Below are positions 25,851 through 40,251 of a stretch of 64,000 bases of DNA, piece after piece. The translations under genes and the position numbers were made by a program. Source of the DNA: Octopus vulgaris (Eukaryota). The number at the start of each line of letters is the position of its first letter. Positions within the stretch are counted from its first letter, which is position 1. The DNA lies in assembly GCA_951406725.2 (NCBI GenBank), contig OX597817.1, positions 86,490,001 to 86,554,000 of the forward strand. The letters are read 5' to 3'. The notes beneath the pieces were generated by a model. It did not search any database and had not been told where the DNA came from. It saw only the letters and a program-made list of their open reading frames with translations.

Positions 25851-26142
25851 TAGAAAGATTTCCTAATCTCGGGAGAGATCTTCTGTTAAATAAAGTTACG
25901 CCAGAGAAGTTTCGGTGTAACCTCATTTCGGCATACTTATTAACATTATGACTAAAATAAGCCCCTGTTTTCATTTTCCTATCAGATTTGGATGGTAGAG
26001 CCTTATCGATATAAAGCGGTATAAACACGAGTCTACATGGACGGTCTTCATATTGAAAACAACGCAGTACTCTGTGTTCTAATACATCCAATTTAAGTAG
26101 GAGATAAATATTACCTTTTGGTACTAATACTGCTTCTGTTGC

Positions 26143-26226
<84 letters not shown>

Positions 26227-26234
26227 CAATAATT

Positions 26235-26788
26235 GCCCTGATGCAGTACTAGGCAGTTGCTCTCGTGGCTTCTGCTCTTAACTGATTGAAAGTGTTATCA
26301 TGTACATTGTTTTGTCTTGGTATAAAAGATGGACTACAGCAAACATTCTACTCAATACCACAGATTTCCTTGTCAGTTGTTTGACCTTAACCAGTTGACC
26401 ATGTCCCTTAGTGGCTGACGATATGTGCATCTCTGATCACGAGCAGAAGTAGTGGAGGGAGCATCATAGCTATGTGTTGAGAGGGATTCTTTGGGGTGTT
26501 AATGATTCACCTCTGGAAACATTGGTGTTTCGTTCAACATCCTTAAACAACCCTTATTCAGGGACCTTTTGAGCGGATGTGTTACTCGACCAGAACAAAA
26601 TTCTAACTGAGCCCCACCTGCAAGGTCATGTACTGTTCATCTTGATATGAGATCACATTGTTTCGCACTTATGGTTGTGATGCATGTGCCTAGTGTACCT
26701 TTATCAGACAGGTAGTCATGATGGGTATACTGGGCTTCGTATATTTTACCCTAGTGTCACTTTCATGGCATGCACTGCTCTCTCGCTC

Positions 26789-26789
<1 letters not shown>
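26235..26789 (+). mobile_element. About 550-bp non-coding element embedded in (TAA)n
   Basis: Starts gccctgatgcagtac and ends ctgctctctcgctc followed by (AAT)n; further copies at 41498-42032, 42842-43225 and 63599-64000(-), all in TAA tracts. Confidence 0.8.
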
Positions 26790-26839
<50 letters not shown>

Positions 26840-26845
26840 TAATAT

Positions 26846-26894
<49 letters not shown>

Positions 26895-26897
<3 letters not shown>

Positions 26898-27440
26898 GGT
26901 GGCCCAAAGGTAGTTTTTACAGTTATCACGTTTTAGTTTCAGCTTATGCATTAAGCGTTGCAATGATGTTCTTGATATGGATAGTTCTAGAGAACTACTT
27001 CATGTGGACTTATTCGGACTGTTCACAAATACCATAGCCATTAACATCTCATTTTTTTCAGTCACAGAAGTCTTAGGGCGTCCAGATTTTGGTGCTTTAC
27101 TCACTGAACCTGAAGCATCAAATTTATTTCTTATTCGATAAATTATCTGGTGTGAAGGTAGAGGAGTGTAAAAAGGCTTTTTGCTATTCTGTGCGTACCT
27201 GCTCGGCATTTTCAGACTTCCAATACTGCTTTGGTATCCACTTTCTTTGCTCCTGATTTAGATTGTTTACCACGGTTCACACTAAAAAAATTTACAAACT
27301 GAAAAGGGTGCTTGACAAAATTAACTAAATCAGCATAGAATAATGGTCTCATATTCTTTTATAATTAAGGTCTAAACTGTTAATATATGAATGCGAAAGA
27401 GATAGTTGAATAACTGTAAACCTACTTTTGGGCCACCCTG
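26895..27440 (-). mobile_element. Internally deleted Tc1/mariner-superfamily DNA transposon
   Basis: TIRs cacggtggcccaaaggtagtttttacagttat / ataactgtaaacctacttttgggccaccctg in TA context; N-terminal transposase remnant IYRIRNKFDASGSVSKAPKSGRPKTS. Confidence 0.85.
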
Positions 27441-27472
<32 letters not shown>

Positions 27473-27890
27473 TATAATGTGTGTGTGTATGCGTGTGTGT
27501 TCTTTTATTCTTTTACTTGTTTCAGTTATTTGACTGCGGCCATGTTGGAGCACTGCCTTTAGTCGAACAAATAGATCCCAGGACTATAATTTGTAAGCCT
27601 AGTACTTATCCTATTGGTCTCTTTTGCCGAACCACTAGGTTACGGGGACCTAAACACGCCATCATCAGTTATCAAGCGATGTGGGGGTAACATACGCAGA
27701 CACACAATCACACAGACACGCACACACATGCGACGGGCTTCTTTCAGTTTCCGTCTACCAAATTCACTCACAAGGTTTTGGTCGGCCCGAGGATATAGCA
27801 GAAGACACTTACCCAAGGTTGCACGCTGTGGGACTGAATCCGGAACCATGTGGTTGGTAAGCAAGCTACTTACCACTCACGCCTGCGCCT

Positions 27891-27968
<78 letters not shown>

Positions 27969-28054
27969 CGTGTGTGTTTGTGTCTGTGTATACATTTATA
28001 TATTGCTGGTGCTGGAAAACATTATAAACTGCTACTTTGAATATAGATCCACAC

Positions 28055-28342
28055 CAGTGGTTCTCTGCCAGGATTCATGTGGCCCTTTGGGGTCCGTGTG
28101 GCCCTTTAAGGTCCATGTGGCTCTTTGGGGGCTATGTAAGATTTTGTTTTTAAAAATTTTTGCGCAATAAATTGGTTACACTTCTGAAATATACAAATTA
28201 TTTTAATAATTATTTTTATACAATTCCGAATAACATTTAATTATAAAAAAATGTAATAAAATTTTTGAAACATCGAATGCCTAAGAGGGTACACCTAAGT
28301 ATAAAATAAGAATCAAAGGTAAAAAATAGTTGAGAAACCCTA
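28055..28342. mobile_element. hAT(Charlie)-like MITE
   Basis: Ends cagtggttctc / gagaaacccta; three short internal repeats (c)atgtggcccttt; 8-bp flanks only partly alike (atccacac / ttctacat). Confidence 0.55.
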
Positions 28343-29229
28343 TTCTACATGATCAAGTCAGAGTTTGCCTAAACGGCAGCAACCAACAATACTCAAAAGC
28401 AGCAGCAGCAGCTGTTGTTGTTGTGGTGGTGGTTGTCGATGATGATGATAATGATGTTGCTGCTGTTGTCTTTATAAACTACAATTTGAAAGTTTTATAA
28501 ACATCTAAGCTGAAACGAAACTTATGACCAAAAACCAAAGAAATAAAGAAAAATCAACAACAAACTCGAGATGTTGAGTGGAAAAGGGATTATTATTGTT
28601 TAAGATGGAGACGGTTCCAATCTTTTAAACTAAAACAACATTAAAAAAGCATATCAAGAACAATGTAATATCAAATTAAGAATATTTGCACTGATTACAA
28701 ACCAAATATTGACATGTTGTCATAATGAACTTTTCTTAGAGGGATTTTAGTTTTTGTCTCGACAGTAAAATATTTTATCTGCGAGAAGAATTCAAAATAA
28801 ACAGAGAAACATAAATGAAATATAAAAATATTTGAAGAACAAAAACACGTAAGGAACAGCTATGGTGTCAAGAAATATTAGATGAAATCAAAGTTGAAAC
28901 GACAGTTGATAGCAGGGTGAGTGAGGGGTGGAGGAAACGGTCGTTGGAATCATAACAAAGGTTTAAAAAAATACTGTGTATTTTAATGAAAAAACAGATG
29001 AAAATGAATGCTATAATGGAAGTTGAAATTGATCTCTCCGACTAAGTAGAAACAAAAAACCAACAATAACAATAACAAAAGGCTGTGGTAGGGGTATTGA
29101 AATCAACATTAGCAACAATAGCATCAACATTCACAACAGAATTTAAAAAGGCAAAAAAAATACAGAAGAACGATGGCGGTAACAACGATGGCAGTAACAA
29201 CGATGGCAGTACCTTCATTTTGTGACAAA

Positions 29230-29353
29230 GGAGACACTCCAACGACAACAAACGTAACGACAACAAACGTAACGACAACAAACGTAACGACAACAAACGT
29301 AACGACAACAAACGTAACGACAACAAACGTAACGACAACAAACGTAACGACAT
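29230..29353. repeat. 15-bp minisatellite (acaacaaacgtaacg) x about 7, followed by (GGT)/(AGT) tracts to about 29600
   Basis: Exact tandem units are visible in the sequence. Confidence 0.9.
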
Positions 29354-29398
29354 CAAGTAGTGGTGGTGGTAGTGGTGGTGTTGGTGGTGGTGGTGGTG

Positions 29399-29436
<38 letters not shown>

Positions 29437-29529
29437 GGTGGTAGTAGTAGTAGCAGCAGCAATAGCTGCATACCATAACTGTAGCATAGTTGCAGCAGCA
29501 GTAACAACCGCAGCAGTAGCAGCCGCTGC

Positions 29530-29598
<69 letters not shown>

Positions 29599-31105
29599 CA
29601 AGGCAAATGCACCAGAGGACTCACTGATTGCCTCAGACATGCACTGGCCTGTTCTCTTCCCCCATCACCTTCCCATACGCAAACATACAAAAATCTGCTT
29701 TCTTTACAAATATTACCTCTAAACCTGCTAAATCTCTTCAAAAGAGGAAAACTTTCGTTGGAATACATTTGCGGCTTATTATTACAGAGGTCCATGTGGT
29801 GGGCTGGTAGAAATAGTTCACGATCCTACGTTATTTCCTACCTTTGCATTTGAGTTCAAATTCTGTGGGTGGAGGTGCTTATCCTTCGTCAGCACAGGAT
29901 CAATAAGATAACTTTCAGACCCATGATCTCTATCGATTCCCTATCTATAACTTTCTGACTGCGAGTCGACCAAAGGTTTCCTCAAACTACACCCGATTGT
30001 TGAAAAATCAGGACACGTTTGAGGATTGTAGTCCAAGGTACACGGAACCTGAATAAAAGCAAGATGGCTCCGGCTATATTGACTTTGATCACAGAGTTAA
30101 AAAAAAAAACAACAGCAGTAAAAAATTCATGACTTTGTGCCAAACTTAGAAATTGTTATTATTGAAACGATACCGAATTGTTAACATGCTGGACGAAATG
30201 CTTAGCGGTATTTCGTCTGCCGTTACGTTCTGAGTTCAAATTCCGCCGAGGTCGACTGTGCCTTTCATCCTTTCGGGTTCGATAAATTAAGTACCAGTTA
30301 CGCACTGGGGTCGATATAATCGACTTAATCCGTTTGTCTATCCTTGTTTGTCCCCTCTGTGTTTACCCCCCTTGTGGGTAGTAAAGAAATAGGTATTTCC
30401 TCCGTCGTTACATTCTGAGTTTAAATTCCACCGAGGTTCATCTTTTCGGAGTCGATAAATTAAGTACCAGTGAAATACTGGGGGTCGATGTAATTCCCTC
30501 CTCACAGTAGGAACGATTATTAGAACGATGCTTCAACATTATTGGGCAATCCAGTTTACCAGTTGTGTTATAGGTGTTATATTATTTCAAACATTAGCTG
30601 ATTCCAAATTCCACCGAGTGAATTTTGTCTTTTATTTCATTCTTTCGGAGTCGATACGATAAATACACGTCAAGCTCTGGCGTTGATGTGATCGACAAGC
30701 TACGTCCTCAAGATTTCAGTCTTTTGCCTATAGTAGAAAGAATTATTATCAATCCTGACAACTAACTGTATTATGGGTGCTATATTATTTCAACATTAAG
30801 CGTGAAGGGTGCATGGCTTAGTGATTAGAGTGTTGCAATCACGAGATCGTAGTTTCAATACCTGAACCGGGCAATGCGATGTGTTATTGAACAAAATAGG
30901 TGCAGGAGTAGCTGTGTGGTAAGTAGCTTGCTTATCAACCACATGGTTCTGGGTTCATTCCCACTGCATATCACCTTGGACAAGTGTCTTCTACTATAGC
31001 CTCGGGTCGACCAAAGCCTTGTGAGTGGATTTGGTAGACGGAAACCGAAAGCAGCCCGTCGTATATATATATATATATATATATATGATATTTATTATTG
31101 CTTAC

Positions 31106-31152
<47 letters not shown>

Positions 31153-33981
31153 TGTGTCTGTGTTTGTCCCCCAACATCGCCTGACAATTGATGCTGGTAT
31201 GTTTACGTCCTCGTAACTTAGCGGTTCGGCAAGAGAGAATACGTACTAGGCTTACAAAGAATAAATCCTGGGGTCGATTTCTTCGACTAAAGGCGGTGCT
31301 CCAGCATGGCCGCAGTCAAATGACTGAAACAAGTAAAAGAGTAAAGAAAGTAAAACGCTTCATTTTACGTTGCTCTGCGGTCACTTCAACACCTGATGTG
31401 TGATGCGCCGCGCACCATTTCAGGTAATGTCGATTTTTATGGAGGGAGTGACCTAATGTGCAGCACATGCATTTGATTACGATAAACAAATCATTTGTGC
31501 AGGTTGATCAGCAACAAATTGCAGAACCGTCTTTCTCGGGCTACGAAAGATTTACCAATATTACTGGTTTCGAATTTTAGTACAAGACCAGCAATTTCGA
31601 GGGAGCGAGCTTATAGAATACGTCGACTCCCAGCACACAACTGATACTTCAGTGGAATTTGAACTGATAACGTAAAGACGGACGAAATGCCGCTGTGCAT
31701 TTAGCTCGGCATGCTCAAGATTCTTATTTCTTTACTACCCACAAGGGGCTAAACATAGAGGGGACAAACAAGGACAGAAAAAGGTATTAATTTATCGACC
31801 CCGAAAGGATGAAAGGCAAAGTCGACCTTGGCGGAATTTGAACTCAGAACGTAACGACAGACGAAATGCCTATTTCTTTACTACCCACAAGGGGCTAAAC
31901 ACAGAGAGGACAAACAAGGACAGACAAACGGATTAAGTCGATTACATCGACCCCAGTGTGTAACTGGTACTTATTTAATCGACCCCGAAAGGATAAAAGG
32001 CAAAGTCGACCTCGGCGGAATTTGAACACAGAACATAGCGGCAGACGAAATACCGCTAAGCATTCGCCCGGCGTGCTAACGATTCTGCCAGTTCACCGCT
32101 ACCAGCTTACCGACAACGTTATCGTCAACGAGGAATGTTATTGCTGCCATATTATTTCAACATTTTTATCAACATCGTCAACGATCTTTGTTTTGAACGT
32201 TATACTGTTTCAAAATTATTATAAATCCGATAAACCAGCTGCATTGTTAGTGTTTTATCTATCCACCAGTAAGATTTTATCTCGGATGGTGTAACTCACT
32301 GCAAACACTATAGTACATTGCAGCTGTCATAACTTCGCTGACAGGCTGTCTTGTACTTTTATCCACTTTTACCTCTTCATTTCATGCAGGGTTGCATTAA
32401 CCATTAATCAAAATGGGCACGTGCATGAAGTCCCACAAGGAGACACTATTTTCTCTCTCTTTTCTTTTCTTTTTTTTTTTTTGTTTTCAATATTTGGTTT
32501 ATCATAATGCAAAAGCTAAAAAGAATAATAAAACAGTGTTGAAAACCTGCATTTTCTCCTGTTACCCTTGTTCTAAAAGAATAGTTTACTTAAGTTTTCT
32601 TACATCTATTTCGTGTCAAATACTATTTTTACAGTTAAATGATACAAAAAAAGGCTCTATTTAATATAGTTGCTAGTCTGATCTAAGTGATGGCCAAGGA
32701 ACCTGAAATCTGAATTAGTTCACAGTCAGCTTCCTATTATATTTTAATGTCTTGAGAGAAAATAGAAATCTCGAGATGACGCACCATTGTTGGGGTGTTT
32801 AAGGTAACAGTTGTTCTTCATCTAACTCAAGCCTCAAAACTTCGGTTCTTCCAGTAAGTGAGGCTACCATCGTCAATGAGGAAGGGAAAAGAGCGAAAGA
32901 TACCTGACTAACTGCTGCTGCTACCACTGGCTAATCTTGAGTGAAAAAACTTGTGATCAGAGATAACCCGGTTGTAGCTAATCCTTCTTCTATTCAGATA
33001 CAATGTACCTAAACCTACATTTCTACTGTGTTCCGTTTCATAAGACGATGACATGTGATTTAAGAGAGATTTGGCTGCTATATCTAGCAACGTGAGTGAC
33101 TGCGAAGAAGCTTCCAGTGCACCGAGATATCTTAGCTTGTAGATCTGGTCTGTATTCTTTCAATAGAATGGATTCGTCTAAAAGTACCCATAGTCCATGA
33201 TGGTGTTAAATGGAGTGACGGATGAAGTTTACCACCTCAGAACAAGTTCATGAACGGGCTTTCACAGTTTCCATCTTACCTGTTTTATTACAAGTCTTAT
33301 GCTAACCCGATGCTATGGAAAAAAAAAAAACACTTGCCTAAGAATCCGTACAACGGGTTCGAACCAGGAACCATGTGATTGCTAAGCAAACTTCTTAACG
33401 ACACAGCCATACGATTGTGGAAACATCTCTATTTTCCGTCTATTTAATTTTCAAATAAATTATAGAAATAAACGCTAGCCTTATGAATCATTACGATAAG
33501 TGTAGAATATTTATGAAGTTCATCTTCGAATAGTTTTGGCTACTAACGCCTCGACATCAATCTGCAACAGGAACTGATTTCAACTGGTAAACTGCTTCCA
33601 ATAGATAACCAATTGTTGGAAATAGTTATTCTTGGATGTGTTTGAAATTCCTCATTCAAATATACAAAACAGGAAGCCTTAAGAAACAATTATTCCCATT
33701 ATCACACGCTGGCATGTGAATACTGAATACATTAGCGCAACATTGTTGCTTAGAAACACAGAAATTCTTTGGAATCAATGATGTAGTTGACTAAGTCAAG
33801 CCAAAACTCGTTTGATACTTTGTTTTATAGAAAGGATTCCGATTAGCATCACCAACTACTTTGACGTTCTGTATTGCCATCCTCCAGTCTTTTTAAATCT
33901 AAATTACTATGTCCAGAAAGTGCGACCATATTTAGGCATCGTTTCGAAGGATCTGGTGGAACAAAACGAACGAAATTCTGT

Positions 33982-34192
33982 CTTCTTCTTCTTCTTCTTC
34001 TTCTTCTTCTTCTTCTTCTTCTTCTTCTTCTTCTTCTTCTTCTTCGTCTTCTTCGTCTTCTTCTTCTTCTTCTTCTTCTTCTTCTTCTTCTTCTTCTTCT
34101 TCTTCTTCTTCGTCTTTTTCGTCTTCTTCTTCTTCTTCTTCTTCTTCTTCTTCTTCTTCTTCTTCTTCTTCTCCTCCCCCTCCTCCTCCTCC
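33982..34192. repeat. (CTT)n microsatellite
   Basis: Seen directly; explains the poly-F/L/R ORFs. Confidence 0.95.
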
Positions 34193-34291
34193 TTTTTAGT
34201 TTGGTATTTACCTTATCAAGCTTTTCTGTCAAACCGCTACATTCCGGGGACGTAAGCAAACTAACACCGGTTGTCAAGCAGTAGGAAGAAA

Positions 34292-34356
<65 letters not shown>

Positions 34357-34845
34357 ACGCACACACACTCATCAATGATCAAAAAAATCTCAGGAGAGCA
34401 CCCATACAACCAGTGTTCGTTGCATTTTCAATTTCAACGCCTGCATTTCAGTGACAAACACGGAAATTAACTGATTGACCGGTCATGTAGTGAGCTGGGC
34501 GCCTGTCTGACGAAATAAATACCTAAGTGACAATTGCATTTCTCTTACTGTCTGACTCATACAGGTCAGCACAAACTCACAACAATCCACTTGTTTTCTC
34601 TCATGCTTAAATGTAAACTAATCTCTTCGTTTCCTTCTCTGTTTTGTCCTTTTTTGACAATCTATTTATGTATCTGTCTATATTTCTTTCTTCCTTTCTT
34701 TTTCTCCCTCACTTGCCCTCTCCTTTCTCTCTCTGTCTCTGTCTCTCTCTCTCTCTCTCTCTTTTTCTGCACGTACACACACACACGCACACATACACAC
34801 AGACACATATACATATACCCCATATGTATGGGGTATATGTATGTA

Positions 34846-34879
<34 letters not shown>

Positions 34880-35031
34880 CCCCATATGTATGCATATGTT
34901 TTATTTATTAATTTGTTATTATATATATATATGACTATCTCCTTTTTCTTAACATACAAAACCTGTACATCCCTTCAAACAATCTCTATATATCATATAT
35001 TATATATATATATATATAACTGCTTCTTTTT

Positions 35032-35094
<63 letters not shown>

Positions 35095-35507
35095 ATATAC
35101 ATATATAATTATATACGCGCGGGTGCGCACACTTACAAACTCGCACACACAAACACACACACTAACTCACTCACATAACACTCCTTTTTTACTTTTATCT
35201 ATATTTCTCAAAGAAAAATATGCCTGTGGAATGTTGAATATTTTATTTCTTTTATCACAAATTAAAGAAATAAAGAACGACAAAAAGAAAATAAAGAAGG
35301 AAGGAAGCAAAAGAAGCAAAGAAACAAAATCACAGAAATTCAGCACTGTTGACAAAAATGCTACCATTTTCATCTCTAATTTCATTTTAAGATGGCGGCT
35401 ATATTCGGGGCGTTTCTGTTTGCCGTCTGGTTTGTTTGTCTTTTGTTATTGTGGCGGTTATTTACAATCCTAAATTAATGATAACTACATTGACAACAAC
35501 TAATAGC

Positions 35508-35573
<66 letters not shown>

Positions 35574-37385
35574 CAGCAGCAGCATGTGAGTCAAAATGAC
35601 CTGACTCACTAAATATGTATTTATCTGTATATTCATTTATTCGTTTTACCACGGTTCCTATTTCGTGTGTGTGTTTGTATGTATGTGTGTGTTTGTATGT
35701 ATGTGTGTGTGTGCGCGGATATGTGTTCGTATGTGTGCGTATGCATGTGTATGTGTGTGCATGTGTGTATGTGTATGTGTTTGGGTTTTCGTGTGTGCGT
35801 GTGTGTTTATAGGGTGATGTGATGCGTTTAGAGCAGTAATGTTGTTGTTGTTCTTCTTCTTCTTGTGGTGGTGGGGGTGGGGTGATGGTGGTGGTGGTGG
35901 TGGTTCAGCCCCATGTCAGTCCTGATGAACAGTTTTATGATGATGAAAGGCATTCCAGACCATGACCACACTGTCCTCTCTCTCGAGCCCTTTGTATCAA
36001 GGAGTACCTTTTCCAGACGGTGCAGTGTAATCGAAGTGAAAGTGCCTGCTATTTCTTGTAGGCCGAGCTACTACGTTAAAGCACCACCTCCAAAACACTT
36101 ATTAGTTGAGGACAAGTGTATCGTGAGCCTCCGATTGTTTACAGCTCAATGTTTGTAAGATCATATTCTGAACTGAGAAGCAGCCTAATGAGTAAGTGTT
36201 CCCTATCAGTATAGAATTCTTTGTTCACCAAGACCTCTCTCGGAGCTACGTACAGTTCCTTGATATTTTGTACTTCCGTGCTAATTTGACAGGGGAACTT
36301 GGAGTAGTCATGAATTCTAGAGGCCCATCCAGGTGAATATAATGTGGCATTTATCAACTACTCCCCCACTGTCTTGTAACTAAATGCAGGAAGGTAAAAC
36401 CTACAGAGATGTGTCCAGATAGAAAATCAAGCTTTGCGAGTCAACCAGAGGTGGATGTAGGTTAGGATTGAATTTCTCTCAGGTCGCAGCAGTTTTGAGA
36501 AGGCACTGGTCGTCTCGGCTCTTCCCTTCATAGTGAAGTTAGATGCTCGAAAAAATCTCAATGCTAATATACAGTTTCATTGTGTAAATATTTTGCCACG
36601 TAGATTTTAGATCGCTACCAAGTCTGGCAACGGCAGTAGGTTAGAAAGTGATGGAAGCTTCTAGTCAGAACTCAACAGGTCAGAGGCAAAGGGTATCAGT
36701 CGTTAGTGGATAGTATTGAATGGAAACCGCCAACTCCTGAGATACTAGGGACATCGCTGCTTCCTTCAATCGATGCCTAAAAATCATTCACCCTGTTCAG
36801 TTATTAACTAAAATCATTCACTTTTTTTCAGTTGTTAGCTAAATCATCAACCTCCCATGGCATGCAACACAGAAGACGTAACAGAAACATAATGTACTGC
36901 TCAGGCATCTCCCATGGAATATCGAATACTGTTTGGTGATGGTAACTCAACCCTAGCCTTCGAACATCTCTCATAGCTGGAAAGCTGAGACGCTACAACG
37001 TTCATACAGCTTACTCAATAACAGTAGGAAATGGTTCTTTTAATGAAGGTGGTGGGTAGACATCATCAACATGGCGTTGACTTTGCTGTGAGGATCACTC
37101 TACTGCCTAAACTGAGACACAGGTTGACACAAGTGGCTAATGTCACTTTATATTCTTCTTGCTTACATGTTAATGAGTGCCTTTGATAGAAATTTTGCCA
37201 TCTGATAGAACAAAAACTGCTTCTGTCAGATATTAAATCTAAAAACAAGACAAAGTCATCCTGAAGAGTGATATAAATGAATGGCAACACATTTGTATCT
37301 CTAAGTACGACTTCACTATCTTTTAGCATAAAAACATAGATACAAGATTTTATGGATAAATCAGATACAAACACTGGATCTTATA

Positions 37386-38277
37386 CAGGTACCGAACCGC
37401 TTATCCGGAATCCAAAAATCCGGAAATACCAGAAATCCGGCTATTCTAACTGGCTAGCTTTGAATTTCGCAGGCTGTAGTAGTTCGCTACGCGGCCGCTT
37501 TGTTTTAGTTTTCGCGATGTATGCGTCACACGACGCCAGTTCCTGTGTGACTGCTGCTGTGTGGACGCCCTCTTCTTACAGCTAAGTAGTTATTTTTCTT
37601 AATTTATAATATTTATTTATTACCATGTCGAAAAAGCCAGCATAAGGGCAGCTTGCTAGCGGAAACCCAAAAAGAAAACATTTAACGCCCAGCATAGCGA
37701 AAAAAGTAGAGTTACTTAAGAGACTCGATAAAGGTGCTTCAGCACGGATTTTGAGTGAGGAATATGGTATTGGTATTTCTACTGTCTTATGATATCAAGA
37801 AACAGAAAGAACAGATACTTCGATTTTACCATGATAGTGATGTGCCTAAATTAATGGACAAACGTAAAACTTTACATCGGTCGTAGAGTGCTGACGTGGA
37901 CATGGTGTTTTTCAGTGGATTAATAAGGATCAAACATACTTTGCTTCAAAAGTGTATTATTTTGTACCTGTATCTCTTAAATAAAATTATGTTCTTTTCT
38001 TTATTTTTTGTTGTTGTTTTTTCATCCTATACGCGGTACAGTATAATATATACAGTATTTTAAGAGTTTTAAGAATTTTAAGTGGCTTAATAACGATCAA
38101 ACAGACCCCGCTTTAGAAATGTATTAATTTAGATATGTTATACAATTTTGTTCTTTACTTTTAGTTGTTTATTTTATATTTTCGGTATATATTTAGCCTG
38201 TGTCCAGAAACACGGAAAATCCAAGCATCCGGATCACCTCCGGCCCCATGGTTGCCGGATAAGAGATTCGGTACCTG
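37386..38277 (+). mobile_element. pogo/Tigger-like DNA transposon, internally deleted
   Basis: TIRs caggtaccgaaccgcttatccgg / ccggataagagattcggtacctg with TA on both sides; CENP-B-type HTH remnant inside. Confidence 0.9.
37625..37915 (+). pseudogene. pogo/Tigger transposase N-terminal HTH remnant
   Basis: MSKKPA*...KRKHLTPSIAKKVELLKRLDKGASARILSEEYGIGISTV, frameshift, YDIKKQKEQILRF...KRKTLH. Confidence 0.85.
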
Positions 38278-38946
38278 TACTACACGTTGTTTATGTGAGT
38301 TGACCTCAAGGATATTTTATTTATCTGTGCAGTGAGGAGAGTTGAGTGTTGGGGCAGACGAAATTAGGATACTAACAAAAATCAGATTGTATGTATAGCT
38401 ATTGCAACGTTGGAAAACACCAAACATCAACTGCTGTAAGATCGACAGTTCTGATATGGCTGATGAAAACAGAGTATACGAGAGAAAAACAATTAGCAAT
38501 GGTTCGATGAGAACTTCACTACAATTGAAAGACTCATGAATGACTTGTTGAAGTCTCATAGAGCAAATTTGGATAATCACACACTAAAAATGTAATGGCG
38601 AATTCTTCATGTCCAAAAAAAAAAATTAAGTATGGCTTGAAAAAGCGCAAGAAATCCAGATGCAAGCAGACAGACATGGTATGCTCAATTCATATGTTGC
38701 TATAAATATTCTCTGTAGCCGTCGACATAATTCCACAACACCAGTCCGTTCATCGGTCTGAAAATTTCTGCTGAAAGAAAAAAAACAGCAATAAAGCTGA
38801 GGTTGATAGCCAACATCTAAACTAGATTCTCTCAACTTCATTAGTGTATTTTGAAGAGTTACCGACCTTTGCCGTTAAAATGTTGAAAAACAAAGAATTT
38901 ACACAGTACAATCTTCCAGCAGAGATCTTAAGGAGGTCAATTACCT

Positions 38947-39111
38947 ATTTCTTTACTACCCACAAGGGGCTAAACACAGAGAGGACAAACAAGGACAGAC
39001 AAACGGATTAAATCGATTATATCGACCCCAGTGCGTAACTGGTACTTATTTAATCGACCCCGAAAGGATGAAAGGCAAAGTCGACCTCGGCGGAATTTGA
39101 ACTCAGAATGT
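38947..39111 (-). mobile_element. 5'-truncated family B SINE with a 14-bp TSD
   Basis: gaggtcaattacct at 38933-38946 and 39112-39125. Confidence 0.85.
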
Positions 39112-40194
39112 GAGGTCAATTACCTCTTTATTAGGTGTTAGTGACCTCTCTACGCAGGATATTACAAAGTCACATAGACGTTGAACTAGGAGTACATACC
39201 TCAGGATTGAAAAGGTGATAGAAAACAAGGGAGACAGATCTGTTTACTCAAATGAATATTGGCTTCAAATTTTGGCACAAAACCAAAGATTTGGGGACTG
39301 GGGTAATTCGATTACAGGTACTTATTTTATTGAAATCGAAAGGATGAAAGACAAAGTCGACCTCGGCGGCATTTGAACTCAGAACGTTAAGACGGACGAA
39401 ACGCGGCTAATCATTTTGCCCGGTATGCAAACGATTCTGCCAGCTCGTCGCTTTATTCAAATAAATATTTTGGTTACAACACTTCTCATTACCGGGAAAA
39501 GACTAGTTCAGTCAGCATCAAAGCCCTACCAGAGTCGGGCTTTGACAGTGGCCGAAACTCAGCCGAAGTGATCTTTACAAGCCAGCTTCATGTTAAGTGA
39601 AAGAACATTGAAACGTGCACTGGATTAGTGGATCTATCAAAGACTTCTGATACCATAAACGGTGGGAGGGATGTATTTTGCGAGTTGTCAAGTTTTGTTG
39701 CTCATCCAAATTTGTGAATCTCCCTCGCTACTGTCATACAAGGATGACAGTTCGCATTGTGATGGGACTGAGGCTGTGAATGAACGGGTAACCTAATGGT
39801 AGGAGAAATGAGTGATAAACAAGTAAATGAGTGACAGTGGTTGAGTGATTGAGTGGAAGTTGCAACAAGCAAATCTAAAATATAAAACCAATAGCAATGC
39901 ATTACTTAATCTTTTACATTATAATTAGGGAGACATCAACACAATAGTGGTGTTGCTGGTGATGGTGGTGGTGGATGGTTGGAAGTGGTGGGTGGGTGGT
40001 TGGGAGTGGTAAGAGATTGTGAGTTGTGGTGGTGGTAGTGTGGTGGTAGTGATAGTGATGGTAGCAGTAGGGAAGAAAATAACCAACGTAGATTAAGTAG
40101 TAGTAGTAGTAGTAGTGTAGTAGCAGTGATAGTGGCGGTGGCGGTAGTGGTAGTGATTGTGGCGGCTGCAGTACTAACAGCAGCAGCAGCAGAT

Positions 40195-40251
<57 letters not shown>

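Noticed and set aside
29173-29478. Mucin-like or Gly/Ser-rich ORF (TTTNV repeats)
   Set aside because: Fully explained by a 15-bp minisatellite and trinucleotide tracts; no gene context.
33812-35473. Long ORFs of poly-R/F/L and IY/HT dipeptides (and similar ones across the window)
   Set aside because: Translations of microsatellites.
36150-37370. Possible decayed LINE coding sequence (also 38300-38930 and 21900-22250)
   Set aside because: No motif could be read with confidence by eye; needs tBLASTn or RepeatMasker.
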